Source: a virus. Taken from it: a DNA stretch of 64,000 nt. A program made the translations under genes and the position numbers. The number at the start of each line of letters is the position of its first letter. The first letter of the stretch is position 1. The notes under the pieces are model-generated. The model made no database searches. It saw only the letters and a program-made list of their open reading frames with translations, and was not told where the DNA came from. The stretch is taken from the IMG/VR virus record IMGVR_UViG_3300032117_000020, one strand, 5' to 3'. Shown one piece after another: positions 34,419-43,575 of the stretch.

Positions 34419-35714
34419 TCATTCTACCATCGAATCTTTTTTGACACGGGGAACTATATATTCCCCGGAAGAATCTCTAAAACCATCTTTGTTCCAATAG
34501 AAACCTTTCCGGTTAATCTTTTCTTCTCTCACCCATTTGGGGACGAACGGTAGTTCGTCTTCTAACATATTGAGGGAGGCATTCCCGTCTGAGTCCATAC
34601 GATTTCCGCATTTCTTACAGACAAACATCTTTCCTTTCCTGTTAGATTTTTGAGTCCATCCACACTGTGGTGCAGAGCACCTCTGGGAACGAAAAAAGTT
34701 CGGTATGTTCACGATAGAGAAACCTTCTTTCTCGGAAACCGAATCTAATTTCTGATTTATCAGAGTATATGTGAATCTGTTTAGCTGCTTTGACTGAGTT
34801 TTGCCTTTTCTCATTTGGAAAAGACCTTCAAGATTAAGCACTGAAATTTCTGAGAAATTTAATTGGTTGATGCTCCAATTTACTATATTTTCTCTATGAG
34901 TCTGAGCTCTTTGGAAGCCTTTGCTTCCGTATTTTCTTCTATTTAAAATGTCTATAACTGAATATAGATTATGACCATGATTGTTTTTTATGGTTGTTTG
35001 ACCGTCTGACATCGTCAATACTGTTGTAAGTCCCTGATCTGCTCCGACCTTAATTCCCTCTTCTGGTTTTTTCTTAGGTACATCAGGTAATGTAAAACTT
35101 AAACTTATATAGTTGTGTCCGATTCTTATTGAATTCATTATCTGACCGCTGTTTTCAAATTCCTGATATTTCTTATGCTTTTTAAACGGAATTCTTATTG
35201 GCAGCTGATCTTTAAATAATCTTAACTGAATGAAACCGTCAAAATACGAATCTTCTTCTTCTGTTTCCTGAATATCAAAAAATCTATTGTCAATCTGAGG
35301 TTCGATAATGTCAAAGTCAGGCATGGAGATAGAAGATTGATCAATTATTTTCTGAAGATATCGGCATGCTTCACCTTTTTTCATTATTGTTTTCAACACA
35401 TGCTTCTGTCTTCGATATTTAGTTGTACATGACCGGATAATTGATGATGCCTGAGTTCCAGCTGCCTGCAGCTGTCTTTGAGTGAAGACGCCATAGTCAA
35501 ACTTTTTTAAATATTCATTGTCTAAGTTGGAATCCAATTTATAGTTGAATTTTTTAGAATTGAATTTAGAATTGTCAGAGTTTGTATAGGTATTTTTCCA
35601 AATATCATTAACAATCTCTCTTACTGTATTGGAATATTCTGCACGATAATTTGCTAGAAAATCCAGTTTATAATTGTTTGCATATTTGGTTGTTATTTTA
35701 ACTGACCGAATCAT
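34419..35714 (-). CDS. tnpB: TnpB (OrfB) RuvC-like nuclease with intact D-E-D triad and C-terminal zinc finger
   Basis: GADQGLTTV (RuvC-I), LNLEGL (RuvC-II), CKKCGNRMDSDGNASLNM (Zn finger + RuvC-III). Confidence 0.8.
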   Translation of the reverse strand: MIRSVKITTKYANNYKLDFLANYRAEYSNTVREIVNDIWKNTYTNSDNSKFNSKKFNYKLDSNLDNEYLKKFDYGVFTQRQLQAAGTQASSIIRSCTTKYRRQKHVLKTIMKKGEACRYLQKIIDQSSISMPDFDIIEPQIDNRFFDIQETEEEDSYFDGFIQLRLFKDQLPIRIPFKKHKKYQEFENSGQIMNSIRIGHNYISLSFTLPDVPKKKPEEGIKVGADQGLTTVLTMSDGQTTIKNNHGHNLYSVIDILNRRKYGSKGFQRAQTHRENIVNWSINQLNFSEISVLNLEGLFQMRKGKTQSKQLNRFTYTLINQKLDSVSEKEGFSIVNIPNFFRSQRCSAPQCGWTQKSNRKGKMFVCKKCGNRMDSDGNASLNMLEDELPFVPKWVREEKINRKGFYWNKDGFRDSSGEYIVPRVKKDSMVE

Positions 35715-36261
35715 TTTTAAGCTCCTTTATCAGTTGCTCAGTTTTTCTTTTAGACCTTCTCTGTCCATAAATTTTTTCACAAAATGATGTGATAATTGAG
35801 GTAAAATCCTGAATCAGATCATCTTTCTTGTTTTCTGATTCATTGATAACAACAATCTCTCCATTAAATAAAGTTTTAATATATTCAAAACCAAATCTAG
35901 TTAAACGATCTTTATGTTCTACAACAATTCTGGTAACATTTTTATCTTTAAGTATTTTTTGTAGTTTAGGTCTTGAATCATTTATTCCTGACCCACACTC
36001 TTTAATTGTTTCATTGATTGTCCATCCTTTAGCGATACAGAAATTCGATATCCTATCTGCCTGAGATTCTAAATTTGATTTATTTTCAGAGCTGCTGACT
36101 CTAGCATATATTACATTATATTCTTTCTTTTTTAAATCATTTGGAACAATTATGGCTCCCGATGGGAGCCTATATGCCTCTGGCAATTTACCAGACTTGT
36201 ACATGGACCAAGCAGATCTATAAGTAATTCCTTGTGTTTTTGCCCAATCCGTTAACTTCAT
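35698..36261 (-). CDS. tnpA: IS607-type serine recombinase TnpA (MerR-like HTH + resolvase domain)
   Basis: MKLTDWAKTQGITYRSAWSMYKSGKLP N-terminus; YARVSSSENKSNLESQ catalytic-serine motif. Confidence 0.85.
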   Translation of the reverse strand: MKLTDWAKTQGITYRSAWSMYKSGKLPEAYRLPSGAIIVPNDLKKKEYNVIYARVSSSENKSNLESQADRISNFCIAKGWTINETIKECGSGINDSRPKLQKILKDKNVTRIVVEHKDRLTRFGFEYIKTLFNGEIVVINESENKKDDLIQDFTSIITSFCEKIYGQRRSKRKTEQLIKELKNDSVS

Positions 36262-36403
36262 ATATTAATGTTATACAAAGTTTTTATGCTCACCTTCTAT
36301 TATTTGATACTTTTTTCTATTATTCTTATAAAGGTATTAAATACTTGAAAAAGTCAATAAGATGGAGGAGCTGAGAAAGAAGATAAAAAATTTTGATGAA
36401 TTC

Positions 36404-36658
36404 TTAATCAGCAAATGCATGCTGTTTTTTGAAGTTGAAGGGTTTTGCTGATAATGTAACGGTAGGCACAAATACCTGATCCATTTCAACCAAAGACGAG
36501 GGTGTGGTCCCAACCCGTGGCACCACATATGCTTGGGTTAAGAAATCTTTAAAATACGATGCCAAATCTCCTTTTTCAAGTGTATCTTCTTTCAGAAGAT
36601 AATAGCCGATTTTTCGATATGGTTTACATGCATTAACACATGGAAAATTTTTGCTCAT
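36404..36658 (-). CDS. hypothetical protein (84 aa), uncertain
   Basis: ORF track only. Confidence 0.25.
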   Translation of the reverse strand: MSKNFPCVNACKPYRKIGYYLLKEDTLEKGDLASYFKDFLTQAYVVPRVGTTPSSLVEMDQVFVPTVTLSAKPFNFKKQHAFAD

Positions 36659-36710
36659 AATATATTTGTACAGGAAATTAAAACCCTAAAATCACAGTAA
36701 ATAAGAATAT

Positions 36711-37685
36711 ATGGATCTTTATGAAATTTTAGAAATACCGAAAACTGCAAATGATGATGAAATTAAAAAGGCTTATAGAAATTTAGCCAAAAAATATCAT
36801 CCAGATATCAATAAAGACAGCGATGCTGAAACTAAATTTAAGCAGGTCAATGAAGCATATGAGGTGTTGAGTGATCCAGAAAAAAAATCCAATTATGATC
36901 GCTTCGGCAGCGCCGATCCTCATCAACAAATGAGCAATCCATTTGGAGATTTTAATTTTGGCTTTCCATTCAACATGGACAACATGTTCAGTGATTTTTT
37001 TCAGCAATCTTCTTCCTCTAGTTCGCAGCAAAATACAAACGAGCATATCACCCTCACATTATCTCCTAAAGATTATCTACAGGGCACCACTCATACAATA
37101 CATTATACCAAGAAAATGTACTGTGATAAATGCAATGGCGAAGGCGGATTTAATGCGGTGCTCTGCAATGCCTGCCAGGGTGCAGGTGTGCGGTTGAATA
37201 CTGTGCAAAATGGCATATTTATTATGCACCAAACATCTCCATGCAATGCATGTATAGGGAAGGGCAAAATATTTAGTGAGAAATGCGATAGATGCGAAAA
37301 TGGATTAAGGCATATTGATGCAAACTATGATTTGATTGTGGATGCAAATCTGCCGATTCTCACCACATTGCAAGTGAGGAATGCCGGTCATCAGGAACAT
37401 AAGAATCTTCCACCAGGAAACCTCATTATCAGCCTTGGAATCGATACATCTCAGAATCTTGAAATTGATAGAAATGGCACAGCCTATATCACTCAGCAGA
37501 TTACCATAGGAGATTGGTACAATGGAGCAACAATCAATATCAATCGATTTGATGTGGAGGAATTGCCTTATAGCCTCGCAGATTTGAAGAGAAGCGATGA
37601 CTCTATAACTTTTAAGAATAAAGGATTTAAAAATCAGAATAATTATCAGGGGGATTGTGTGGTGAGGTTTAGGGTTGTGAGGTAG
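36711..37685 (+). CDS. dnaJ: DnaJ-like co-chaperone (J domain, G/F region, four CxxCxGxG zinc-finger repeats)
   Basis: [10 protein letters not shown]...[14 protein letters not shown] (HPD motif); [32 protein letters not shown]. Confidence 0.8.
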   Translation: MDLYEILEIPKTANDDEIKKAYRNLAKKYHPDINKDSDAETKFKQVNEAYEVLSDPEKKSNYDRFGSADPHQQMSNPFGDFNFGFPFNMDNMFSDFFQQSSSSSSQQNTNEHITLTLSPKDYLQGTTHTIHYTKKMYCDKCNGEGGFNAVLCNACQGAGVRLNTVQNGIFIMHQTSPCNACIGKGKIFSEKCDRCENGLRHIDANYDLIVDANLPILTTLQVRNAGHQEHKNLPPGNLIISLGIDTSQNLEIDRNGTAYITQQITIGDWYNGATININRFDVEELPYSLADLKRSDDSITFKNKGFKNQNNYQGDCVVRFRVVR

Positions 37686-38481
37686 GAATTTTGGTTTTTC
37701 CTGGTGCAAGGGGGCCTATATGGTCATAAGACATATGTGGTTCTAAACTAGGTTTTTTATCATAAATCCTCGTTATATTTTCTTTCCAATGAAGTGGACG
37801 CATATTGGTGTAGCGAAAACATTCTTTTTGTTGCGCTGGATCAGTTAAATCAAATTGAAAACATGGTTTAATGTGGTCAATATGCCAACCCCTAAATCCA
37901 TGATTTTCCCATGTCATCCAGGGCTCAAATTGCGATTCGATATGTTGTTTTAAAAATTCAATACTGCATCCTATAAGGTTCAAAGATTTTTCATATTTTA
38001 GCCCTTTCTGAGCCTTAAGCGCTCGATTAATCCTGCTTCTTAGGGCTGTTTTTAATTTATATTGAATATCGGTTTTTTGCCTCTGTTTCATGATTTCAGT
38101 TCTTCTTTCTCTATAGTTTTTATCATATTCTTTTTTCTTTTCTGCAAGAATCTCTTTATTCTTTCTTTTATATTCTCGATTATTTTCAATCTGTTTTTCT
38201 CTATTTTTATAGTAATACTTTAAACTTTGTTGTTGGCATTTTTCCAAATTTTTGTAATAATCTTTTCTATCTTTTTCTCTATGATATTCCAGATTATTTA
38301 ATCTTTTCTGCCGATTTCGTTCTAATATTTGTTCTTTGTTGTTTTCACTATATATTTTCCGCGCCTCTTTATTGCAGGTAACGCACCAATCACAAAGCCC
38401 GTCTTTTCTTGCTTTATTTTTTGTAAATTCCTTGATGTTTTTGTTTAATTTACATCTTGAACAATATTTTAAATTATCCAT
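37669..38481 (-). CDS. HNH endonuclease with N-terminal zinc finger and Lys/Arg/Glu/Tyr-rich repeat region
   Basis: C-term [10 protein letters not shown]...N..PLHWKEN; N-term CSRCK...CDWCVTC; likely homing endonuclease. Confidence 0.6.
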   Translation of the reverse strand: MDNLKYCSRCKLNKNIKEFTKNKARKDGLCDWCVTCNKEARKIYSENNKEQILERNRQKRLNNLEYHREKDRKDYYKNLEKCQQQSLKYYYKNREKQIENNREYKRKNKEILAEKKKEYDKNYRERRTEIMKQRQKTDIQYKLKTALRSRINRALKAQKGLKYEKSLNLIGCSIEFLKQHIESQFEPWMTWENHGFRGWHIDHIKPCFQFDLTDPAQQKECFRYTNMRPLHWKENITRIYDKKPSLEPHMSYDHIGPLAPGKTKIPTSQP

Positions 38482-38503
38482 CTGTAATTTTATACAGAAT
38501 TAG

Positions 38504-38532
38504 AAATTCCCAATAAAAATAAAAAGTATAAT
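38504..38532 (+). promoter_or_regulatory. conserved promoter-like motif
   Basis: AAATTCCCAATAAAAATAAAAAGTATAATA; ATG 38553 (21-nt leader). Confidence 0.5.
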
Positions 38533-38552
38533 AAGACAAAGGAAACAAAACT

Positions 38553-40058
38553 ATGAAAAATTTTATTCGAACACCGCTCGCCATTACAGATGCCTACAAG
38601 TTGTCTCATTGGGGCATGTACCCAGAGGGCACCACAGGCATCTATTCTAATTTTACTCCACGTCGTTCACGGCTTCCTGGCGTTGACAAGTTTATGTTTT
38701 TTGGAATGCAATATTTTCTACAAAATTTGAATGACCAATTTAATAATAACTTTTTCAATCTAAGCGAGGATGAGGCTGTTGCAAATTATGACTCATTTCA
38801 CACAGAGTTTTTTGGATCTCCTTCTGATTTTAATAACAATCAAGTGAGGAGCCTCCATCAACTAGGATATCTCCCAATTCGTATCAAAGCCCTCCCAGAA
38901 GGAAGTGTGGTTAATCATAACACGCCTGTCACAACCCTTATGTCTACTGATGATAATCTGTTTTGGTTTACACAATGGATCGAAACCTGGATGTCGGATA
39001 GTGTTTGGAAGACATGTACATCAGCCACCACTGCTTTATATTATCGTAAAATTGTTGAAAAGTATAATAAGTTAACCTCTGATATTGATTGGATTGTAGA
39101 TTTTCAGTGTCATGGATTTGAAATGCGTGGTATGTCTGGTCTCGAAGATGCAATGCAATGCGCAGCCGCACACTGTGTTTTATTTAAGGGTGAAGACACC
39201 TTGCCTGTTATTGAATGGGTAAAGAATTATTATCCTGGTGATAATGGATTGATCGCTACATCAGTCCCGGCAAGCGAGCATGCCGTGGCGACGGCCTACC
39301 TTCCAGAAGATACCAACGACACGATGGCTTCAGACCGTGCGTATGTTAAGCGTATTCTTGATCTCTATCCATCCGGTATTGTGTCCATGGTAAGTGACAC
39401 TTACAATTTTTGGGACCTTGTTACTGTGATTCTTCCAGAGTTTAAAAATCAGATTATAGCGCGAGATGGAAAACTTGTAATTAGACCTGATAGTTCTCCT
39501 AAGACGCCGGTTGAAATGATTATTGGTGATAGTGAGGCTCCTGATGGATCTCCTGAAAATAAAGGATTAGTACAATGTTTGTACGAAATTTTTGGAGGCA
39601 CTGTAAACAGCAAGGGATATATTGATCTTGACTCTCATATCTCTGCCATTTACGGAGATTCTATACAGAGGGAGTATGCTGAGGCTATCTTGGAGGGCCT
39701 CATGAAGAAAGGCTTTTCTTCAAATAACATAATTTTCGGCGTGGGGAGCTTTAGCTATCAATATTCCACGCGGGACTCGCACAGCATCGCTATTAAATGC
39801 ACTGCTGTTGCCTCTGGCTATGGATCAGACAAGCGCTGGAAGGCTGTTTTTAAAGACCCTAAGACAGATAATTCAGGCAAGAAATCTGCGAAAGGATTTT
39901 TGAGAATGGATTTGGTCGATGGAGAATATGTCTTTACGCAGGACGTGTCGTTAGAAGAAGAGCAAGGCGGTGCATTGGAAACTGTTTACGAGAACGGCAA
40001 AATTATGAGGATGCAGAGTTTCGCAGATGTGCGAGCAGTTGCTAAAAAATTCCTCTAA
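38553..40058 (+). CDS. nicotinamide phosphoribosyltransferase-family enzyme (NadV/NAMPT or NARP1 Namat-like)
   Basis: TDAYKLSHWGMYPEGTT N-terminus and overall length match the NAMPT family. Confidence 0.85.
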   Translation: MKNFIRTPLAITDAYKLSHWGMYPEGTTGIYSNFTPRRSRLPGVDKFMFFGMQYFLQNLNDQFNNNFFNLSEDEAVANYDSFHTEFFGSPSDFNNNQVRSLHQLGYLPIRIKALPEGSVVNHNTPVTTLMSTDDNLFWFTQWIETWMSDSVWKTCTSATTALYYRKIVEKYNKLTSDIDWIVDFQCHGFEMRGMSGLEDAMQCAAAHCVLFKGEDTLPVIEWVKNYYPGDNGLIATSVPASEHAVATAYLPEDTNDTMASDRAYVKRILDLYPSGIVSMVSDTYNFWDLVTVILPEFKNQIIARDGKLVIRPDSSPKTPVEMIIGDSEAPDGSPENKGLVQCLYEIFGGTVNSKGYIDLDSHISAIYGDSIQREYAEAILEGLMKKGFSSNNIIFGVGSFSYQYSTRDSHSIAIKCTAVASGYGSDKRWKAVFKDPKTDNSGKKSAKGFLRMDLVDGEYVFTQDVSLEEEQGGALETVYENGKIMRMQSFADVRAVAKKFL

Positions 40059-40062
40059 GATA

Positions 40063-40086
40063 GTTATATCTCGCTAGGGATATAAC
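40063..40086 (+). terminator. hairpin GTTATATCtcgctaggGATATAAC after NAMPT gene
   Basis: 8-bp stem directly after stop codon. Confidence 0.5.
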
Positions 40087-40176
40087 CTTTACAATCCCCG
40101 CAACTAACAAACTTGGCGCGAAGGCGCAAACGATATTGAAACCATCACAATCTCCGCGTCAAGTTACTCAACAACA

Positions 40177-40446
40177 ATGGACAATACCAACAACAACACA
40201 ATTAACTTCGACAACTATAAACTCTATATTATCAGCAATGATGGACCCAGTAGAGAGGCATGCAGTGTTTTTTACGCGCAATATATCATTGCTAAAAGCA
40301 AGAAAGAAGCGGTGGAATCAGCCCTGGATGACGCGGAATATGACCCTGCCACAGATTCATTTAATTATATTGGCAATGATCCAAATATGAATAGTTATTA
40401 TGATGAATATTTTGTGATTGAAGAAAATCCAGTTTTAGTTCATTAA
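40177..40446 (+). CDS. small acidic protein, paralogue family with 1421..1705 and 40476..40700
   Basis: YKLYIISNDG...IIAKSKKEAVESAL..AEYD. Confidence 0.5.
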   Translation: MDNTNNNTINFDNYKLYIISNDGPSREACSVFYAQYIIAKSKKEAVESALDDAEYDPATDSFNYIGNDPNMNSYYDEYFVIEENPVLVH

Positions 40447-40472
40447 ATCTCCCAATAAAAATAAAAACATTT
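40446..40472 (+). promoter_or_regulatory. conserved promoter-like motif (truncated -10 variant)
   Basis: AATCTCCCAATAAAAATAAAAACATTTACA; ATG 40476. Confidence 0.45.
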
Positions 40473-40475
40473 ACA

Positions 40476-40700
40476 ATGAACCACAATAAATTCTATATTA
40501 TCAGCAAAGATTGCCCGAATAGTTTAGTTCGGGCCAAATTCGCAATGGCTAAAAACCTTAAAGAGGCTGTGGAAGCCGTTTTGAAGGATGCGGAATATGA
40601 TGAAAATGCAAATAAATTCATCAACATCGGCAATGATCCTGATAAGGATGAGTATTACGATGAATGGATTATTGTAGAAGATGAACTGAGTGTGGCTTAA
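40476..40700 (+). CDS. small acidic protein, paralogue of 40177..40446
   Basis: NKFYIISKDCP...KNLKEAVEAVLKDAEYDE. Confidence 0.5.
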   Translation: MNHNKFYIISKDCPNSLVRAKFAMAKNLKEAVEAVLKDAEYDENANKFINIGNDPDKDEYYDEWIIVEDELSVA

Positions 40701-40709
40701 CAACATAAT

Positions 40710-41141
40710 ATGAAAACACCAGAAATTAAGAAAATTATCACACAATATATCGTTAACAGTAGAGATTCATATAAGCCACCTGAAGGCTGGAATTATTATC
40801 CGGTAACTCATACACTGCATGATGAATATGGCTCTGACTATACTCATGACGGCACTAAGCCTGCTGATTGGAAAAGACGAAGCAAATTGTCTGTAAATGG
40901 ATCTGATTATCGTTTATTTGAATCTGTTCCTTTTAAATTTGACAAAATGGGCGATTATATTTTGGTCGTCGAGGCAGATGATATGATTCAAGAAATCAAA
41001 TGGGTGACAGAAAAAGAAGCACTTGAGTTTGGTTTTGTGATTCAAGACTGGCTTGGAGGCAGCACTAAAATGATAGGTGGTCAAATTTATGAGTCCTGGC
41101 TTGATGGATCATGGGAGCTAAAAAACTATGTTAACAATTAA
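40710..41141 (+). CDS. hypothetical protein (143 aa)
   Basis: ORF track. Confidence 0.5.
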   Translation: MKTPEIKKIITQYIVNSRDSYKPPEGWNYYPVTHTLHDEYGSDYTHDGTKPADWKRRSKLSVNGSDYRLFESVPFKFDKMGDYILVVEADDMIQEIKWVTEKEALEFGFVIQDWLGGSTKMIGGQIYESWLDGSWELKNYVNN

Positions 41142-41994
41142 AGACAAACACAACAATATTCTTCACTGGGAAAAGAATTCTTTCCCTGATGGTCAGATGC
41201 AGTTTAAAATGCTGGAATCAGAAGCAAGAAAGGCAATGAAAATTCTTGCATCGATTCCCGATTCTGTGTCGTTGGATTTATTTCTTCAAGCAATTTACAC
41301 ATTAAAGAAATATAATCTTCAGGATGTGCGGATCAATTATCTCTATGGCGCGAGGTCTGATAAGGATAAGGCAGGAGAATGTGCGGTGGCGAATGTGGCG
41401 GATTATGTTCAGAGATTGATTGATGGTGTGAGCGATACTACATTATTCATTCACAACAATTCCAATAATGCAAAAAAATTATCTTCCCCCACAATCTCTG
41501 TACTTGCGCCTCATTGCAAACTTCCTGATTCCATTCATAGTGATTATTCATTGAATTACCCAGACTTCAATATTAATACCTTAAGGAATTATGATATGAT
41601 TGTGTTTCCTGATGAATCGGCATACGAAAGATTCGCGCATTTAATTCCTGAGGGAGGAATGTTTGATGTATGCGAAAAACATCGCGATCAGGTCTCTGGA
41701 GATATTATCAGTCATAAAATTCCAGAATTGCCAGAGAATGTTGGTAAAATATTGTTAATTGATGATCTATGCGATTTCGGAAATTCTTTCACAAATGTTG
41801 GAAAGAGTGTACCGAGTTCTGTAAAGGCGGATTTATTTATATTTCATGGTGTTTTCACAGGAAACGCAATCCCGAGACTGCTCGCCTATTATGAAAAAAT
41901 TATTGTCACAAATTCTCTATCGGCACCTGAAGATCAAAAATCCTCATTATCAGCAGAAGATCAAGAAAGAGTACAAATTCTAAATGTATGGTAA
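41128..41994 (+). CDS. ribose-phosphate pyrophosphokinase (Prs)-family enzyme; candidate ADP-ribose pyrophosphokinase (Adps) of a NARP1-like pathway
   Basis: FPDGQ, INYLYGARSDK (cf. PYFGYARQDRK), VFPDESAYERFAHL, ILLIDDLCDFGNSF (PRPP-binding loop), HGVFTGNAIPRL. Confidence 0.75.
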   Translation: MLTIKDKHNNILHWEKNSFPDGQMQFKMLESEARKAMKILASIPDSVSLDLFLQAIYTLKKYNLQDVRINYLYGARSDKDKAGECAVANVADYVQRLIDGVSDTTLFIHNNSNNAKKLSSPTISVLAPHCKLPDSIHSDYSLNYPDFNINTLRNYDMIVFPDESAYERFAHLIPEGGMFDVCEKHRDQVSGDIISHKIPELPENVGKILLIDDLCDFGNSFTNVGKSVPSSVKADLFIFHGVFTGNAIPRLLAYYEKIIVTNSLSAPEDQKSSLSAEDQERVQILNVW

Positions 41995-42009
41995 GATAAA
42001 AATCTTACC
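41990..42009 (+). terminator. hairpin GGTAAGATaaaaATCTTACC spanning the Prs stop codon
   Basis: 8-bp stem. Confidence 0.45.
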
Positions 42010-42118
42010 CCATTTTCCACACACGCACGTAGCTCGTGCCACTGCCGAAGCAACGACTCCAATAGCAGTGATCCGGAAGCAGGGAGTCCGCCATCGTAAA
42101 CCGGTAAATCATTGTAGC

Positions 42119-42182
42119 GAATAATTGTGTGGAATCATTTTTCTTAAAAAAATAATTGTGTGGAATCATTTTTCTTAAAACA
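42119..42182. repeat. tandem direct repeat, 2 x ~32 bp (ATAATTGTGTGGAATCATTTTTCTTAAAA)
   Basis: two adjacent near-identical copies in intergenic region. Confidence 0.7.
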
Positions 42183-42190
42183 ATTATGTA

Positions 42191-42221
42191 AAATTTCCCA
42201 ACTAAAACAAAAACAATAATA
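42191..42221 (+). promoter_or_regulatory. conserved promoter-like motif
   Basis: AAATTTCCCAACTAAAACAAAAACAATAATA; ATG 42226. Confidence 0.5.
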
Positions 42222-42225
42222 CATT

Positions 42226-42465
42226 ATGACAAAATATCTAGCTTACTTCTCAGCCCCTGAATGCAATGGCGGCATGCCCACATTCTATCCATTTTTTGAT
42301 AATCTTGATGATGCAAAACAATTCTGCGAGAATCATTTGAAAGATGATTTGGCAGAAAATATTCCTGGCGAAAGTATTGATGAATGGGTTAAAGATGACT
42401 ATTCACCTAACACTTTAATTCTTGGGGACTGGGGCTACTGCATCACCAAATTGGAGATTAATTAA
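42226..42465 (+). CDS. hypothetical protein (79 aa)
   Basis: ORF track. Confidence 0.5.
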   Translation: MTKYLAYFSAPECNGGMPTFYPFFDNLDDAKQFCENHLKDDLAENIPGESIDEWVKDDYSPNTLILGDWGYCITKLEIN

Positions 42466-42468
42466 AAT

Positions 42469-43575
42469 ATGGGTTGCTTTAATGTAGCATGTAATTTGAC
42501 CGGCGTTTCGATGTATTCGGACAAAGCGCTCTGGGTGCCCTTGATCTATTCAAATGAAAACAGCAAACCATCTTATGGCGGAAATCACTTTATCTATCCA
42601 ATTGCTGTTTTCACACCAATCGCATGTCCTGTATTCGGAAATGTGGATAGCTATGGTCGGCTTGAAAATATTGTTCGCACACCCAATGTAGAGGCAATTG
42701 AAAAGTATTTTAATGCGAATATTGATGATATTATTGATAATCCTAGTCATTTTAACATTGATGGACTAAATAATTCTTCATTATCTGGCACATTCATTCA
42801 TCATGATGCTTTTGAATGGAGTAAGAAAAATCTTTTTGATGATTCTGGATCGAATATCACCAATATTCTAGATTCTGATATGAAGCCAGAAATTTTGAAT
42901 ATCTGCGGATTTAATTTTGTGGAAAAAGACTATCAAAAGAACCGATATAATCAGCTATATACCTCTGAAAGATATCCGGGTGTTGAATGGTGGAGTGACG
43001 GCACTTGGGGAAATTTCGGCGATGACTCTGTTTCAGTGTTTAATCCTGTAGATTTTTTCAAAGTGCTTAAGCAACTCACAGGAATCGACCCCGATCCCGA
43101 TACTTTAGGGTTACTAGAAAATACTTGGTCTACATTGTTCCATTTGCGGGCTCAAATCGCCAAGGTAAATAAAGACTGTGAACTATATAAATCTATGAAG
43201 GATCTATCTACCAAGTTAGATCTGGAAGAATTGGATGTTAATTTTGATCTATCCGCTTATGATCGACAGAATCTCTATGGTTTCTGTAAAAATGAAGGTG
43301 CGAGATGGGAGGCTAAGGATATTGTGGATAAGATTTACGGACATGATTTAGACCTTTATGCGGAGGATCTAGCGAATTTGATTCATTTAAATATCGCACT
43401 GTATGTGAATAATCGTTTTTGGAGCCCTCAGGTCAATGGCTATCAGCTTGGATCATTATATCAGGAAAAGGCTATGGCTCAGTGGATTATTGATCGTGCG
43501 GATAAAGAATTAAAGGCAATTCAGGATGAGGAAGAGGAGTTTGAGAACGGTTGTGGAGATGAAACCAGATTATGA
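42469..43575 (+). CDS. hypothetical protein (368 aa)
   Basis: ORF track. Confidence 0.55.
   Translation: MGCFNVACNLTGVSMYSDKALWVPLIYSNENSKPSYGGNHFIYPIAVFTPIACPVFGNVDSYGRLENIVRTPNVEAIEKYFNANIDDIIDNPSHFNIDGLNNSSLSGTFIHHDAFEWSKKNLFDDSGSNITNILDSDMKPEILNICGFNFVEKDYQKNRYNQLYTSERYPGVEWWSDGTWGNFGDDSVSVFNPVDFFKVLKQLTGIDPDPDTLGLLENTWSTLFHLRAQIAKVNKDCELYKSMKDLSTKLDLEELDVNFDLSAYDRQNLYGFCKNEGARWEAKDIVDKIYGHDLDLYAEDLANLIHLNIALYVNNRFWSPQVNGYQLGSLYQEKAMAQWIIDRADKELKAIQDEEEEFENGCGDETRL

Larger units (their letters stand above)
34330..36330 (-). mobile_element. IS607-family insertion sequence (tnpA + tnpB); boundaries approximate
   Basis: serine-recombinase TnpA and TnpB adjacent, overlapping and co-oriented on minus strand, interrupting a + strand paralogue array. 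Confidence 0.65.

Noticed and set aside
36783-37709. ORFs 36783..37046 (-), 36943..37197 (+), 37305..37709 (-)
   Set aside because: Overlap the DnaJ gene, whose J-domain and zinc-finger motifs fix the true frame.
40136-40390. ORF 40136..40390
   Set aside because: Overlaps the paralogue-supported gene 40177..40446 in another frame. It starts in the GC-rich terminator-like region.
38553-41994. Calling the NAMPT/Prs pair definitively NARP1 (Adps/Namat)
   Set aside because: Family-level motifs are clear. Distinguishing Namat from NAMPT and Adps from Prs needs phylogeny and active-site comparison I cannot do by eye, so it is reported as a candidate only.
42119-42182. CRISPR array
   Set aside because: Only two directly adjacent repeat copies with no spacers. 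No cas genes.
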